DNA from: the human T2T-CHM13v2.0 reference genome, Homo sapiens
DNA length: 64,000 nt
Assembly (NCBI RefSeq): GCF_009914755.1
Contig: NC_060928.1
Strand: one strand, 5' to 3'
Made by a program: the position numbers and the translations under genes. The first letter of the stretch is position 1; the number at the start of each line of letters is the position of its first letter. Shown piece after piece: positions 1 to 16,165 of this stretch. The notes under the pieces were generated by a model. It was not told the origin of the DNA. It did not search any database and saw nothing but the letters and a program-made list of their open reading frames with translations.

Positions 1-301
<301 letters not shown>

Positions 302-3300
302 CTGCATAGCAATTTGATCAGCATTCTTATACACGTGTATGAATTAATAATGATCATTTCTTGAGGTAAAATATATGATTTACCCTGGAACATGGCCAAT
401 TGGCTAATAAAATTGGGGTCTAGGAGGACCCTGTTTAGGATTCTAAGATTATAGTTTCTTTAACAACATAAGTACTGCCTTGTGTGCATGCATTTCAAAT
501 CTATTTTAACTCCAGTTATGAATTTTAGAGAAAAAAATTATATTTTAAACATGTTCTTATTAGACTTACAAATTTAATACTTTTTATATAACATGAGCAA
601 TACTAGTACATAGTTCACCTTTCTCCAGCAGTTTACACAGTCAACTTAGTACTCTTCCTGCTTCCATCTCCCAGCTCCCTACGATCCCATAGAATATGAG
701 CAAAGGGGAGCCTCAGCACATGTCTGCTGGGGCTGCAGGAGTCACTCTGGTGACCACCACTCAGCCTCTGGCTAGTCCCTGCTAGCCTCTGGTGCTTCTA
801 TCCTGGAGGAAGGAAGATAAGCACTAGTCATGCACTAGCTGGTAATATTCCCATCTTCATACTTGCAGGCAATAATACAAACCTGGAAATTGGGAACCTG
901 TCAGCTGTCTGGGGAATTCAGCATCTGGCTGAGTCCCCTCTCCCTCATCCCCACTGCAGCGAGGCAAGCAGGAGGTAGAATTTATTCTTCCACCTGTGTA
1001 TAGAAGACAGAAAATGAGCTGGGCTTCATCTTTTCCTTGTTAAGCTTAATGGGATAAAATAATATGTGAAAAGGATACTACATATTCAACCTTGCTCTAA
1101 TTTCAAATATCTTACCCAGTGTAGTAAAACATAAACTAAGTTCAAGTATTGCCTCTACCATAGATGTGTAATCTTGGACGATCTGGTAACCCTCCCTGCA
1201 CCTCCACTTCCTTACCTGTAAAGAGTTCCATGATAAAAGTATCTACTTCACATGTTGGGAGGTTTAAATGCAATAATTCATATGAAGCACTCACTCGCCT
1301 GCACTGTAAGAGCTCAACAAATATTAGCTACATTGTAATTATTACTTTTACTTTGTTATTTAAGTTAAATTAGAATCTGTTGCATGCCAGGCACTGAAAT
1401 TTTACTGTGTGCTTGTCTAGTGAAATGTCCAACTTCCAATAGTACCATACTCACTGCCTACTGTAGACATGTAACTATATAAAGGAAATCAATCAGCCCC
1501 CCTCTGGTGTTAGGAAATATATCCATTTCTATAATCAGAATTCATAACCAATGTTATATATAAAACAAATGATGTATTTTTTGCTCCATGGTATGAAAGA
1601 TAGCTGTAACTTCTTAAGAAATGTACACATCACAAATATTCTGAGTAATTTCATCTTCCCAGGCTCCATAACAAAGTCACTCAATAGTTTGATATATCCT
1701 GGGAAGACAGCAGATATTTTGGGTTTTAGAAATAAAACATATCCCACACTGGCATCCATGGCTCCTGATTTAAGAAATCAAGGCTCTGGAACTGGGAACT
1801 CTTACCTGAAGATGTGATCGTGGCAATGATAATAAGAATAGTAACAGCAAATACATCTTGTTGTATATTACCGTAACCCTAACGCAACCCGTGAATTAAC
1901 TGAAGTTGTACCAGTAGGGAAATGAAGACAACAAAAAGTACACGGCCACCTTAAAGCCTCGACATTTGCTCTGATGAGCATCTAGCAGCTGACATGCTGT
2001 ATGTCCCAGGAAAATCAGGATAAGTCAGCAGAAAGTGGTAGGCAGGCAGGGCAAGGTCTTCAGAAGAACTAGTTGCTCTAGTTATGAGCCGTGTGAACTC
2101 AGGCAAGTTCCTTAATCCCTCTGAGCCTGTTTTCTCAACGATGAAAACAGGAAAATAGTTATGTTACAGGCCCATTGGAAGGGTGTATGAGAATATGCCC
2201 TGCATTTTTAATTTCCTTTTAAAGGCAGCCCCGCAACTGGTGAGCCCCTGATTTTATCCTTTTCAAAAACAGTAAACAAACCTGCCCCAGAGTAATTTTT
2301 CAAACTCCAGCTTACCGCTACCAAATAACTGCAGCTTACTGCTCCGCGTCGCAAGTCAAGATGTGGCTCCTTCATTCACACACATCTCTTGAGCGCTTCC
2401 CGTGTGCCAGGTGCTATAGGGCACACAACAGTGTGGGGATTACAGCAGCGAGCAGGCAGGTGAGGACTGTGCTGTCATAGTGTTAAACTCATCAGCTGAC
2501 ACAGTCGGGACTTGCAGCAAGTAAAATACCCAGTTTTTCAAGCAATCGATTTTCTCTCGATCCTGCACTTTGTTTTGCTCTTTCCTTTATCTAGTACCAG
2601 AATGTCAAATCAATAAAAAGTCGAGTGAAGCCTTTATTTGTCCACCAACCTCAGCATTAGTTTAATGTTTATATTCTCTCCTTGTCTTTCTCACTTGGAC
2701 AATTCTCAAGCCTCTATTTTGCTTTCCAGTTACATTCTGGCTTCATTTTTTTTTTTTTTTTTTTTTTTTTGTGGTAACTGCCTCCGAGCTTGGCTTGGTC
2801 ACACTTTCTATGTAGAGTCCTTTGGGGAGCTCCCCCGCCTGGCCTCTGTCTGTAATATCACCAAAGGCAGTAATGGGCTTTGGCAGTGTTTTGCAAAGAC
2901 CAACAAAGATGAATATCATTATACTGAGGTCCATGAAACCAAGATCAGATTTTTTTTGTGAATGGCAAGGGAAGGCAGACTGCACAAGAACACTGAAGGG
3001 ACTGAACTCTTCAGCCTCTTGCATATTTATCACATGAATTTGGCAACTCATACATGGAGAGAATGAAAACTCGCTCCCCGAACAAGTGAGGAAACATTCA
3101 TGAGGAACCGAATGGGGTCGACAGGTAAGCACGCTTTGCCCATATTTGACTTGTGGAGAGTCTCTTCAGTTTACCAACCTTGCTACTCAAATGAGCACAT
3201 TTTATATGTACCTAATTTTTGTGCAATGGTTTACTGTAAAGAACATTTGCAGCATATGAAAGGGGCCTGGTCGTTTATTCTAAGGTTATATGAGATTATG

Positions 3301-3759
3301 TTGGAGGCATTCCTTGCCACATATGAACATCTCTAGAAAGGCAGCATTGCCTCTGGAGGAGGAGCACCTTGGTTTGAATCTTAACTCTCCTACTTTTCCT
3401 CCTGTGACCTCGGGAAGTTAATTAACCTTTCTATGCCTCCATTTCATAATTCGTAAAATGCGAATACTAATAATAACTATCTCAATAGGTTGTCAGAATG
3501 ATTAAATATTAAATATGTCAGTACTTAAAAGTATTTGGAATAATGTCTAGCACATACTAAGTGCTTTATAAAAATTTGTTAAATAAATAAGTTTTGAAAT
3601 AACAAAATATATGACAAGTAAAACCAACTGTTGAAGACCAAGTTGGAAGATGAAGCCTGGTACGTAGCTTGGTGTAAGAAACTCCAATAACATAGCTATA
3701 TCCTAAGTTTAAATATGAATGGCCTCTCATTACCCACAAGAAATTAAAATTCAAAGGAA

Positions 3760-4240
3760 TCCTGAGCATGTTCATAAAAGATATATTCATATTAACCAAA
3801 ACTGAAAACAACTCAAATTTTCATCAAGAGGAAACAAACTAACTCTGGTACATTTACATAACATAATACAGTAGAACAATAAAAGGAATAAGCTACGAAT
3901 ATGTGCAAAATGTAGATGAATCTCAAAAACTTACTTTGAGCAAGAGTACGTTATATGATTTATTTTATATGAAGTTTAAAGTCAACAACATAAATATATG
4001 ACTATTGAAATTAAAGGACATTGCTGCGGGGGATAGGATGAGTTGGAGATTTGACTAGAAGAGGAAATGTGGTAACTTTCCAGGAATATTGGAACATCAT
4101 CTGTCTTTCAGTGATGGTAACATGGGAATACACATTTGGGGGAAAAAACCCTCAACAAATTTTTATTTAAGATGTGTGCAATTCTACACTGTGTAAATTA
4201 TACTGCAATTAAATAAAAACTATATTGCAAAGATAAATAA
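3760..4240 (+). mobile_element. Old L1M 3' end
   Basis: Degenerate L1 3' UTR-like sequence ending in AATAAAA and an A-rich tail. Confidence 0.6.
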
Positions 4241-4436
4241 ATCTTCAGTTCTGGTAACGGCAGGCTAGTTAATTCAGAACAAACCTCCCATTGGAGACAA
4301 TGATTTCTAGATGAAACATTAAACCATGCTTCTAGTTGCATCTAAAAGCTATAAAGAAAATGAGAAAGCATCAGACCAAGAATCCAGGACAAATAGAAAA
4401 TCCAAAGAGGAGAGCATGGACTCTGGGACCACTTTT

Positions 4437-5987
<1,551 letters not shown>

Positions 5988-6794
5988 TTAGACTTGACAT
6001 CCAGAAGAGCTGAAATCTAGCAGTAAGAATGAGTAAGCCAGAAGTACATGAGCCCCTTCAATGTCTGCATGGGCAATAAAATTTTAATCCTTGAAATTGG
6101 ATTAAGGTGATTCAAGATTGCTAGTGCCCATAGGCACCTAACAAAAAGAAACAATGCTCTCTGGAGGAAGGTAATGTTCTAGGGCCTAAATTTTTCTATA
6201 CATGTTTTTCAAACAGGGTTAGGATTCATTCAAAAATAATAAGGAAACACACAGAAAGACACATCAATATGAATGAGAACTAGCACAAACAGATATAGAC
6301 CCATAGGTATTTCAGATAGTGAAGATAAATTTATTGAGTATTTTATTAAGCTCACAAAGATAGAAGTCAAATTTTAACATTTCAGCAGAAAAGTGGAATC
6401 TTTAAAAAGAACATCACAGATTTAAAGCAAAAGAAAAAAATGAAAATGAAAAGAAAAAGAGAAACCCTAGAACTAGAAAACATAGTGTCTAAAATTAGTA
6501 ACTCAATGGTTGGGTGTATCATCAGCAGATAGATGTAACTCATAGTTAGCACCTCTGAAGATGTCAGGAGAAACTACCCAAGATGAAAGAGACGGAAGCA
6601 AGAACAGGAGGAATTGAGGATATAATTAGAAAACCTAACATATATTTAATAGAGGTCATAGATTTAAAAAATGGCCAACAGCAAAATTTGCAAATGTAAT
6701 GGCTGAGAATTTTGCAAATCTAATGAAAGCTATCAATCCACACATTGAAGAAGCCCAATGACTCCCAAGCAAGCTAATTAAAAATAAAAATCTG

Positions 6795-7102
6795 GGCCAG
6801 GTGTGGTGGCTCAGGCCTGTAATCCCAGCACTTTGGGAGGCCGAGGCGGGTGGATCATGAGGTCAAGAGATTGAGACCTTTCTGGCCAACATGGTGAAAC
6901 CCCTTCTTTACTAAAAAAAGAAAATACAAAAATTAGCTGGGCATGGTGGTGCTTACCTGTAGTTGGAGCTACTCCGGAGTTTGAGGCAGAATAATCACTT
7001 GAATCCAGAAGGCAGAGGTTGCAGTGAGTCGAGATCGTGCCACTGCACTCCAGCCTGGTGAAAGAGCGAGACTCCATCTCAATAATAAATAAATAAATAA
7101 AT
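6795..7102 (+). mobile_element. Alu (AluSc-like)
   Basis: Full dimer with (AAAT)n tail; flanked by AAAAATAAAAATCTG. Confidence 0.95.
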
Positions 7103-7117
7103 AAAAATAAAAATCTG

Positions 7118-8180
<1,063 letters not shown>

Positions 8181-8189
8181 AATCTTCCT

Positions 8190-8722
8190 TGTCAAGAACT
8201 GTGAAGAATGTGAGACTTTACACTATTTGTAATCTAGTAAGTTAGGCTGCCATAATTTTGTGGCTGTTAACAAAACACATTAGCCTCCTAGGTCAGCCAC
8301 TTTATTTCAAGTCACAGGACTTTATTATTCATGGCACAGCAAGCAGCAAGAGTATAGTGTTTGCATCAGTTCCTCTTGCCCACAGGGCAACAACAAAGGG
8401 ATGAAACTATTGTATGTGCCATGCATGCAGTAGTTTCATGTCATGGTTCAGGAACTCCAAGATTTAGGAACCCAGATCTTTTATAGTGGGCAGTAAGTTT
8501 ACCTACACTTTACCCTGGAGGAAGATCACTACGCTTATTATGCTGAATGGTAAACAAAACAAGCCCACCCTCTGATCCAAACACATTTACCTCCATCTTC
8601 CAAGCTATATGCTATACAAATATCCTTGAAAGGATAAGCCTATATAAAAAAGGCAGCAAGCCCCTTTTCACACACACAAAAAAAAGCACAGGCATACGAG
8701 ACCCATGGAGAACTGTCTGCCA
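8190..8722 (-). mobile_element. ERV-L-class LTR (LTR40-like), 3' LTR of the adjacent internal remnant
   Basis: Terminus TGTCAAGAACTGTGAAG resembles the recalled LTR40 consensus; minus-strand purine-rich tract (PPT-like) at ~8727-8745. Confidence 0.6.
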
Positions 8723-10142
8723 ATCTTATTCACTCCTTTTTACACCATCTTGGCTTGTAATAAATTTTCCCATTATGTCCACTGATGTATCAACTTTTGT
8801 GACTAATCTGATCAACAGAAGCTAAGATCAAATATATTCAATTTGTTTTCTACAGAACATAATGAAGACTACTGTTAACAGGACTCCAAGCAATAGGATG
8901 AGGACAGCCTAGAGTATTGATTTTAACCATTCCTCCCAGAGTTCTGGACCCCATCAGCTGAACAATTCCCACAAACAAATTCCCACAAACCTGCCTTCCA
9001 GTGCTGAGGTTTCATTGATCACTTTAGCTAAAGTTCGGGGCAAATTTTGCATCACCCTTTCTAATTGGAGGACTCTCATTGTAGAAATAGTTACCCTCAG
9101 ATATGCATAAATAATGAGAAAAATTACCCTCGGAGTATGCAAAATTGCTCTGGGGAGAAATTTCAGGTAATCAAGAATAGCTTCATTTTGGAGAGATCTT
9201 TGCAGTCATCTGAGGGATACATGATCTATTGGTGGTATTTTTCTAAATCATTCTTTAGGTACAATCCTCTTAGTTTTCAGGAGGAAGGCAAGGTTATGAA
9301 TGGCTTCCACACAAACTGTGCAACCCCATGAATTCTCATGGTGTCCTCAGAAAGTATTGTTCGAACTGTTGGGCCACTCTAAGTGATAGGTACATTATAT
9401 GGGGATGGAGGAACACAGGTTGACAGTGCCTCTAATGTGGCTTCCTATTGGCGTTAGGCTTCCCAGTTTAATTTTATAATTGAATCTAGTCCTTATTTTG
9501 GAAGGGACTGCCTGAGAGCAGTCAGTGCAACTTGTCCAGTTTATCCATACCATAGCTGGTGACATTTGCCCACTCCATGGAAAAACTGCTTGATGGCTCA
9601 GTGTGGGGAGTGCAGAAGACATCTGGAGACATTGACAAGGAGGCAGGAACTGAGCCATCTCCTGCTGTTTCCAACAGAATTTATGATATGGTTAAGGAGA
9701 ATGGTGGTCAAATTTTGGTTAGAGCCCTTAGGCTGGAGATGCCAGACCTATTAAACTGAAAGCTGCCTACTACGGTTTGAAAAGTCTGCAACAGGCCATT
9801 TTTCTTTTTCTTCTGCAACAGGCCTTTCCTTCATAAGGAAGGCACTCAGGGCAGATCTGAAGGGGAAAGATCATTAATGTCTCTCTCTTCCTATACCTCC
9901 CAGGGTCTAAGGTGTTCACTCTTCATGTTTCCAGGTTGCAGCTATTCCAATAGCTCAATCTTTACCTTTTTTCCAATTATCCACTACATACACTCAGACC
10001 TTTTGTCCAGAAGGGTCTGATGCAATAGATAGAAAGGGATTTTTATAAAACAGGGAGACCCATTATATCTTCAAGTTTAGCCTCTGTGGGCCATTGTAGT
10101 GGGACTTGACAAGCAGTGTTCGCAAAGAGTCATCATTATTCT

Positions 10143-10535
10143 TGTCATAGTCTGATTGTGTTGCAATAATAGAATACCTAGGTAATTTATAAAGAAAAGA
10201 GATTTATTTGTCTCATGTTCTACAGACTGTGCAAGAAGCTGGCATGAGCATCTGCTTCTGCTGAGGGCCTCAGGCTGCTTCCACTCATGGCAGAGAAGAG
10301 AGGAGGCAAAAAAGGGTGTGAGATGCCAGACTCTTTTTAACAACCAGCTTTCCTGGGAACTATTAGATTGAGAACTCACTCACCCCTTTCCCCACACTCC
10401 CTGCAACCGGGAAGGCATTAATCCATTCATAAGGAATCCAGCCTATGACCCAAATACCTCGTTAGGCTCCACCTCCAACACTGGGGATCAGTTTCCACGT
10501 GAGGTTTGGAGGGAACAAAAGTCCAAATTACAGGA
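10143..10535 (-). mobile_element. MaLR LTR (MST/THE1-like)
   Basis: Typical GGTAATTTATAAAGAAAAGAGATTTATTTG and GGCTCCACCTCCAACACTGGGGATC blocks. Confidence 0.75.
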
Positions 10536-11099
10536 TTCCTCATGATCTATGAACATGCCAATCCCCCCCAAAATTAACCCATGTGGCTTAAATTTAAATC
10601 ACCAGGAGCCCTTTTTGATTTGGCTGCCAGCAGAAAGGTGTACTTACCAGGTTGGCCTGGATTGCTATTATGGGAAAAGAAAGGTGCATTATGCCCAGAA
10701 ATGCTCAGGGCAGAATCCCCAGCTTTCAAAACACATCTATGTCACTCCCCACCCCTTTCATTCTGATCATTACCCAGGAGGCAGATGTGGATGTCCCTTT
10801 TTTGGAAATAGCCACATTCAGTGACCAATCTGCCATACCACAGTGGATCAGGAGGAGAGGAGGGAGATAAAGTCAGAAGTCTTTTTTTACTTTTATTTTT
10901 ACTTTTTGAGGGAGCTGTTCCAAAGCTCAACAATATCCGACGCGTGGAAGCATGGAAGGTCTGTCAAGTACCTTGACTATCCATGCACTGCTGAGGAGCT
11001 TTGATAAAAAGCACACCATTGTCAGACTGAAAATAATCCAGAAAGCTGAACACAGGGCATAGATTAGCTTCAAGGGCCACAATGGTTAGCTGACTGGAT

Positions 11100-11435
11100 T
11101 GTGCTATGGTTTGAATGTTTGTCCCTCCCAAAACTCATGTTGAAATTTAATTGCCAATGTAATGAGGTTGGGAGGTGAGGCCTTTCAAAGGTGATTAGGC
11201 TCCAAGAGCTCCCTGTCATTGGTGGGTTTAACACCTTAATATAAAAGCTTTCAGGAGTGGGCTCCCTCTCTTGGTCCTTCTACCTTCTGCCACATGAGAA
11301 GTAGCATTTCTCCCCTCTGGAGGACACAGAGGGGAGATATAAATTTCTGTGAGATATAAATTTCTGTTCATTATAAATTACCCAGTTTGTGGTATTCTGT
11401 TGTAATAGCAAAAATGGGCAATGTACTAAGATAGA
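11100..11435 (+). mobile_element. MaLR LTR (MST/MLT1A-like), internally deleted
   Basis: Starts TGCTATGGTTTGAATGTTTGTCCCTCCCAAAACTCATGTTGAAAT, ends ...ACTAAGA; 17-bp tandem duplication GAGATATAAATTTCTGT near 11334-11367. Confidence 0.75.
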
Positions 11436-13224
11436 TTGGAAAAAACATTTCACAAATAGAAAATGTTAATGGCGGTGAGGCACCACTGATAGCTCCAGGA
11501 GAGGGTCAAAGCTCTGACATAGTCTGCCAAGAGTATGTAGGGCCATGCCCCACACCATGCAGCCTTACTTATGGGAGACAAATTAGACACCTTCTGATAG
11601 GAGTCCCACGTATGAGGCAGTGGTAGCCTCTGCATCACAGTCCCCATTCTCTGATGGCAGCAGTCTAATGTTGCCATGTTCAGTGTGATAATGAATCTAG
11701 GAAAACTGAGTGGTGCAGATTCAGTCAGCAGCTTGAGTTAGTTTCATCTTACTGGTCTCATCAGGATGGGCCCTTACAGGCCCATGAGTGACCCAGATGG
11801 TTCATTTGGTATTTGTGATTTGTTTCCATAGTTTGTGGCCCCTAAATGAGTATCTTTAATTTGCCAGTATGAAGTTTTCCAAGGGGCAGACCAAACAGCT
11901 AGGCTATTGGCAACAGCTCAAGAATCAGTAAAAATAGCTTCATCCAGGGGAGGGCCATCCTGTCCTGGCCAGAGTTATGAGAATGGAACTGAATTATACC
12001 CATCGAATGGAGTAACCACGTTCATTTTCTGTTTTGCACCATTGGCACTGAGGCTGAACAGCCCAGGCAGCCCAACGGATGCCATATGGTTTGTGTTTAG
12101 CCAAACTGTCAGTGAACCAGGCCCAGGCACTTAGTTGATTATGAAAATAAACTATAGCTACACAAATATGACTTTTACAAACATCATGTTAAGAAAATGG
12201 TTTCCCCATACCAAAAAAGAATACCATAGAATTTCATTTATAAAGTTCAATAAAGGTAAAAGTGAACCATTGTGTTTAGGGATACATATTTTGGTGCTAA
12301 AAACCATTCTAGTGTTTACCAGGTTAGTGATTATCTTTGGAGGTCAGGAGGTATGACAGGGAGGGGGCCATGCCCTATTTCTTAAACTTGAATGATCACT
12401 TTATAATAATTTGCTAAGATATATACTTGTTTTGTGCATATTTCAATATATTGTTAACTTTCAAAATTTCTTAAAGGGGATGAATCCCTTAGCATGTTAA
12501 CATATAAAGGAGTTAGAGTCCAAAATGAAATTCACTTGATCTTGTGAGTTACCAGAGTCAAATAAATCTTAAGCTAAATTAAGATCCAAATATGATTTTC
12601 CTAATTTCTTATTCTGCTCAGGTTCAGTCTGAGGGATTCTCAGGAAATGGAAAGAGTTGGAATTCCTGCAGCCTTCCCAGCCTTGTTCTCATTTGAATGA
12701 CTGTAATACCATTAGGGCATCAAAAGCTGCATTCACTCAATGCCAGGTCTCTTGTGTTCCTCATTTATCAAAGTGTCCAAAGAGATACAGGACATATAAG
12801 ATTATCAGCAGCCCTGGCCCCATACCCAACAAATGCAGAAAACAAGCCAATCCTCTGCTGATGGCAATTATCCCAGGAAAAATTACATTCCTACCACCCA
12901 GTATCAGTGTTGCCAAAAGCCAAGGTAGAAACTCAGTAGTATCAAGTGTAGGAGGGTGGATACACAAAAAACAAAATCTGGGTTGTATCTTCACCAGATT
13001 GTCTGTCAAAAGATGCCAAATTGTACAGCATCTACAATTGTGAACTTAAAAGGAAGAAATTTCTCAGCAAGAGCTTAATTCGAGTACTATAAATTTACCA
13101 TATCTGGAAAAGAAAGCCCACCTATACATAATCTTTCCTCTTTCAGAGAGTGGTGTTTGTGACTAAAGTCTTTTTGCAGAGATTTGAATGCAATGAAGAC
13201 AGTTCCAGTCACCAGTCTTGTTTA

Positions 13225-13620
13225 AAGTTCCTTTCTTCCTTCCTCCCTCCCTTCCCCTTCCCTTCCCCCTTCCCCTACCTTCCTTCTTTTTCTTTCCTCT
13301 TTCTTTTCTCTTCCTTTCTTTCCTTTCTTTCTCTTCTTTCTTTCTTGCTTGCTTGCTTGATAAGGTCTTGCTGTGTCACCCAGGCTGGAGTGGCAGTGGC
13401 CCAAACACAGCTCACTGCTGTCTTGACCTCCTGGGTGCCAGTAATCCTCCCAATTCAGTCTCCTCAGTAGCTAGGACTACAGGCATGCACCACCATGCCT
13501 GGCTAATCTTTGCATTTTTTGTAAAGACGAGGCCTCCCTATGTTGGCCAGGCTGGTCTTGGACTCCTGGGCTCAAGCGATCCTCCCTGTGTTGGGATTAC
13601 AGGCATGAGCCCCATGCCCT
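13225..13620 (-). mobile_element. AluJ-like element with CT-rich tail expansion (13225-13357)
   Basis: GGGCTCAAGCGATCCTCC-type diagnostic positions; pyrimidine simple repeat at the tail. Confidence 0.85.
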
Positions 13621-15195
13621 TCTAAATATTTTACTTCCCAACCAGTAAAACATCATAATTTCTATTTCCCTTTTGAGCCTCTATTTCTGATACTAAAGCT
13701 TTATGTGTGAGCTCTAGAAGGTAATATGGCCTCCTGAGAATCTGGTAACCAATCATTTTTAGTCTTGTGCCTCAGAAGTTCCTGCCACTGTCTTTTCTTA
13801 CGGAACTGCTTAGGTTTAAGAACTAGTATTGAGAGGAAGTGTTCACCAAGTTCTCCGCCTTTGGTTCACCTAGAAAATCGCCCTCAACAAACTCCTGAAC
13901 TGAAGCTGCATTGGGGAATTTTAATGCCTGCTCCCTGAGAGCCCTGGGGAGGCCAGTGTAAATTTCTCCAGCTACTATCTTTTCACCACTTGAATTCTAC
14001 AATCATCTGAAGGATGTTCCTTCAATCTGGGTGGTGCAAGTTTGACCAGCAGCTTGGTTCATTCCCTCTATGTCACTTCACAGTTTATCTATTGATTCTT
14101 CCAGTATTTTTATATTTGATCCCACAGATCAGCCACATGAATTCAAGGTTATTGTTCCACAGTGCATCTTGCACCTCAGTGCAGAATCTGGGGCATCCCA
14201 ATTTTAAGTGTGGAATCTTATTTTGCTATTGTTTGGTAGGAACAAAGCTGTCAGCTATCCTGTCCTGTAAAAGCAGCAGATACATTCTGTGTCCTAACAT
14301 CTAAAAGGTCTGTATACAGAAAGACCTTCCCCTATAATGAATTCCTCATTCCCTCTTGTGTCACACTAGCACCTATTGAGGCCCTTCGCCCTGGAAATGT
14401 TTGCCAAGTGTACCCTAAGGGGAAGCTGTAGCAACCTGTGCCCTGAGCAACCTTGCTGATATCCTTACAGCTCTGCTTCAGAGAGATGCTGTACACGTGC
14501 TGTTCGCTTAGAGCTTCTCACGCTTGTAATTCAACCTTCATTAGCAGCGGCCACTCACCCATGGACACAGCAGAGTGCCCATAAGGTGCATGCACCCATC
14601 AGACCAACATCCACGTGAACCATTTTACTAAGGTCAGAGCAGTTAAAAGCCGACTGCACCACGGTAAATGGCTGACCAGACTAATAAAAGCCTCCACAGG
14701 GCTTCAAGAAGGAATGCAAGTATGACTTTTGTGGGCCCTGTGCACTTTTGCCTTTCAAAGCTCCTTTCATGAAAAATTCTAAGAAGCTATTTAAAAATAT
14801 TAAAAGTTACGTTTTACATTTGCATTGGTATAAAGAACACACCCAAGCTGGATTATATGTATTTCTTTTCTTCAGAGTTTAAAGACATGAAAACCTTTTT
14901 GTGGGCCCCTGAAAGTGTCCTTTGTAATGGGCCTTCGGCATTACGCCTACTGTGACTACAGATTAAGTCAGCCCCAGCGCCAGGTCAACATGCCCTGCTC
15001 ACATGAAAGTCTAAGCCTGAAGCCCAGGCTTTAATCACTCCACATGGAGTTTTGTTCTTTATAACGTATTTCTCAGTGAACCTGGCCAATGTAACAAAAT
15101 GGTGATGTTCTGAGGGAACTGAATAAATAACACCTTGACACTCCCACAGAAAGAAGGCAAATAAGATGAGAATCAAAATATCACCTTTATTACTA

Positions 15196-15557
<362 letters not shown>

Positions 15558-15764
15558 TTGGGACATGTATCCCCCAGTCGCAGGCAACGCTGGACTGAAG
15601 CAGATTGCTCCGGAAGGCACAGAAATGCTTGTTCCTGCAGAAACAGCAGAGAATGCCCCTTCCTGATAAGAATCTAGCTCCTACAAGAGAAAATATGAAA
15701 TGGAGAAGCTGAGGTGAGCATATCCATGTTGTTCTCCAAAGACTTGTCAATCAGATTAATCACT

Positions 15765-16165
15765 GTGTGACAGATGCATCTGACAGCAATAAGTTAAGCA
15801 TACCCTGAGAATGACCCTATGGTCTGAGGTAAGAACTCTTGTGTCTTATCTATGAAGAACATTTGAATCCCTGGCCCATTCCATGGAGTGCGGGCTGTAC
15901 AGGAGATGGAGGCCTTTTGTTTTGTGTTGAATGAAGGTTGCCAGGAGGAGACTGCTAAAGAGAGGGTGATGGGTGAAAATGCTGTAAAAATCGCATGCTT
16001 TTCACAAGTGGCTGCACTTCTCCTGTCCAGCCTGCCCCCACTGGTCCAACCTGTGTGTAAATCTCTTCAGTAAACCCTACATCTCATTCACTGACTCTGG
16101 GTTTCTTTTTCAGCCTCTCAAACATAGTGCTATCCCTATTGAAGTCAATGGGGATCTGGCACAAA
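15765..16165 (+). mobile_element. Solo LTR (LTR47-like)
   Basis: TG start; GCATACCCTGAGAATGACCCTATGGTCT block recalled from LTR47; AGTAAA poly(A)-like signal near 16069; ends ...GGCACA. Confidence 0.6.

Larger units (their letters stand above)
8725..12130 (-). mobile_element. Ancient ERV-L-like internal sequence (RNase H, integrase and env-like remnants), interrupted by two MaLR LTRs
   Basis: Minus strand: IFTDS*AVANSLAVWS (~11885-11940, RNase H); DYVRAL...YQWCLTAINIF (ORF 11450-11677, integrase-like); env-like heptad and hydrophobic anchor at 8830-9140. Confidence 0.7.
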
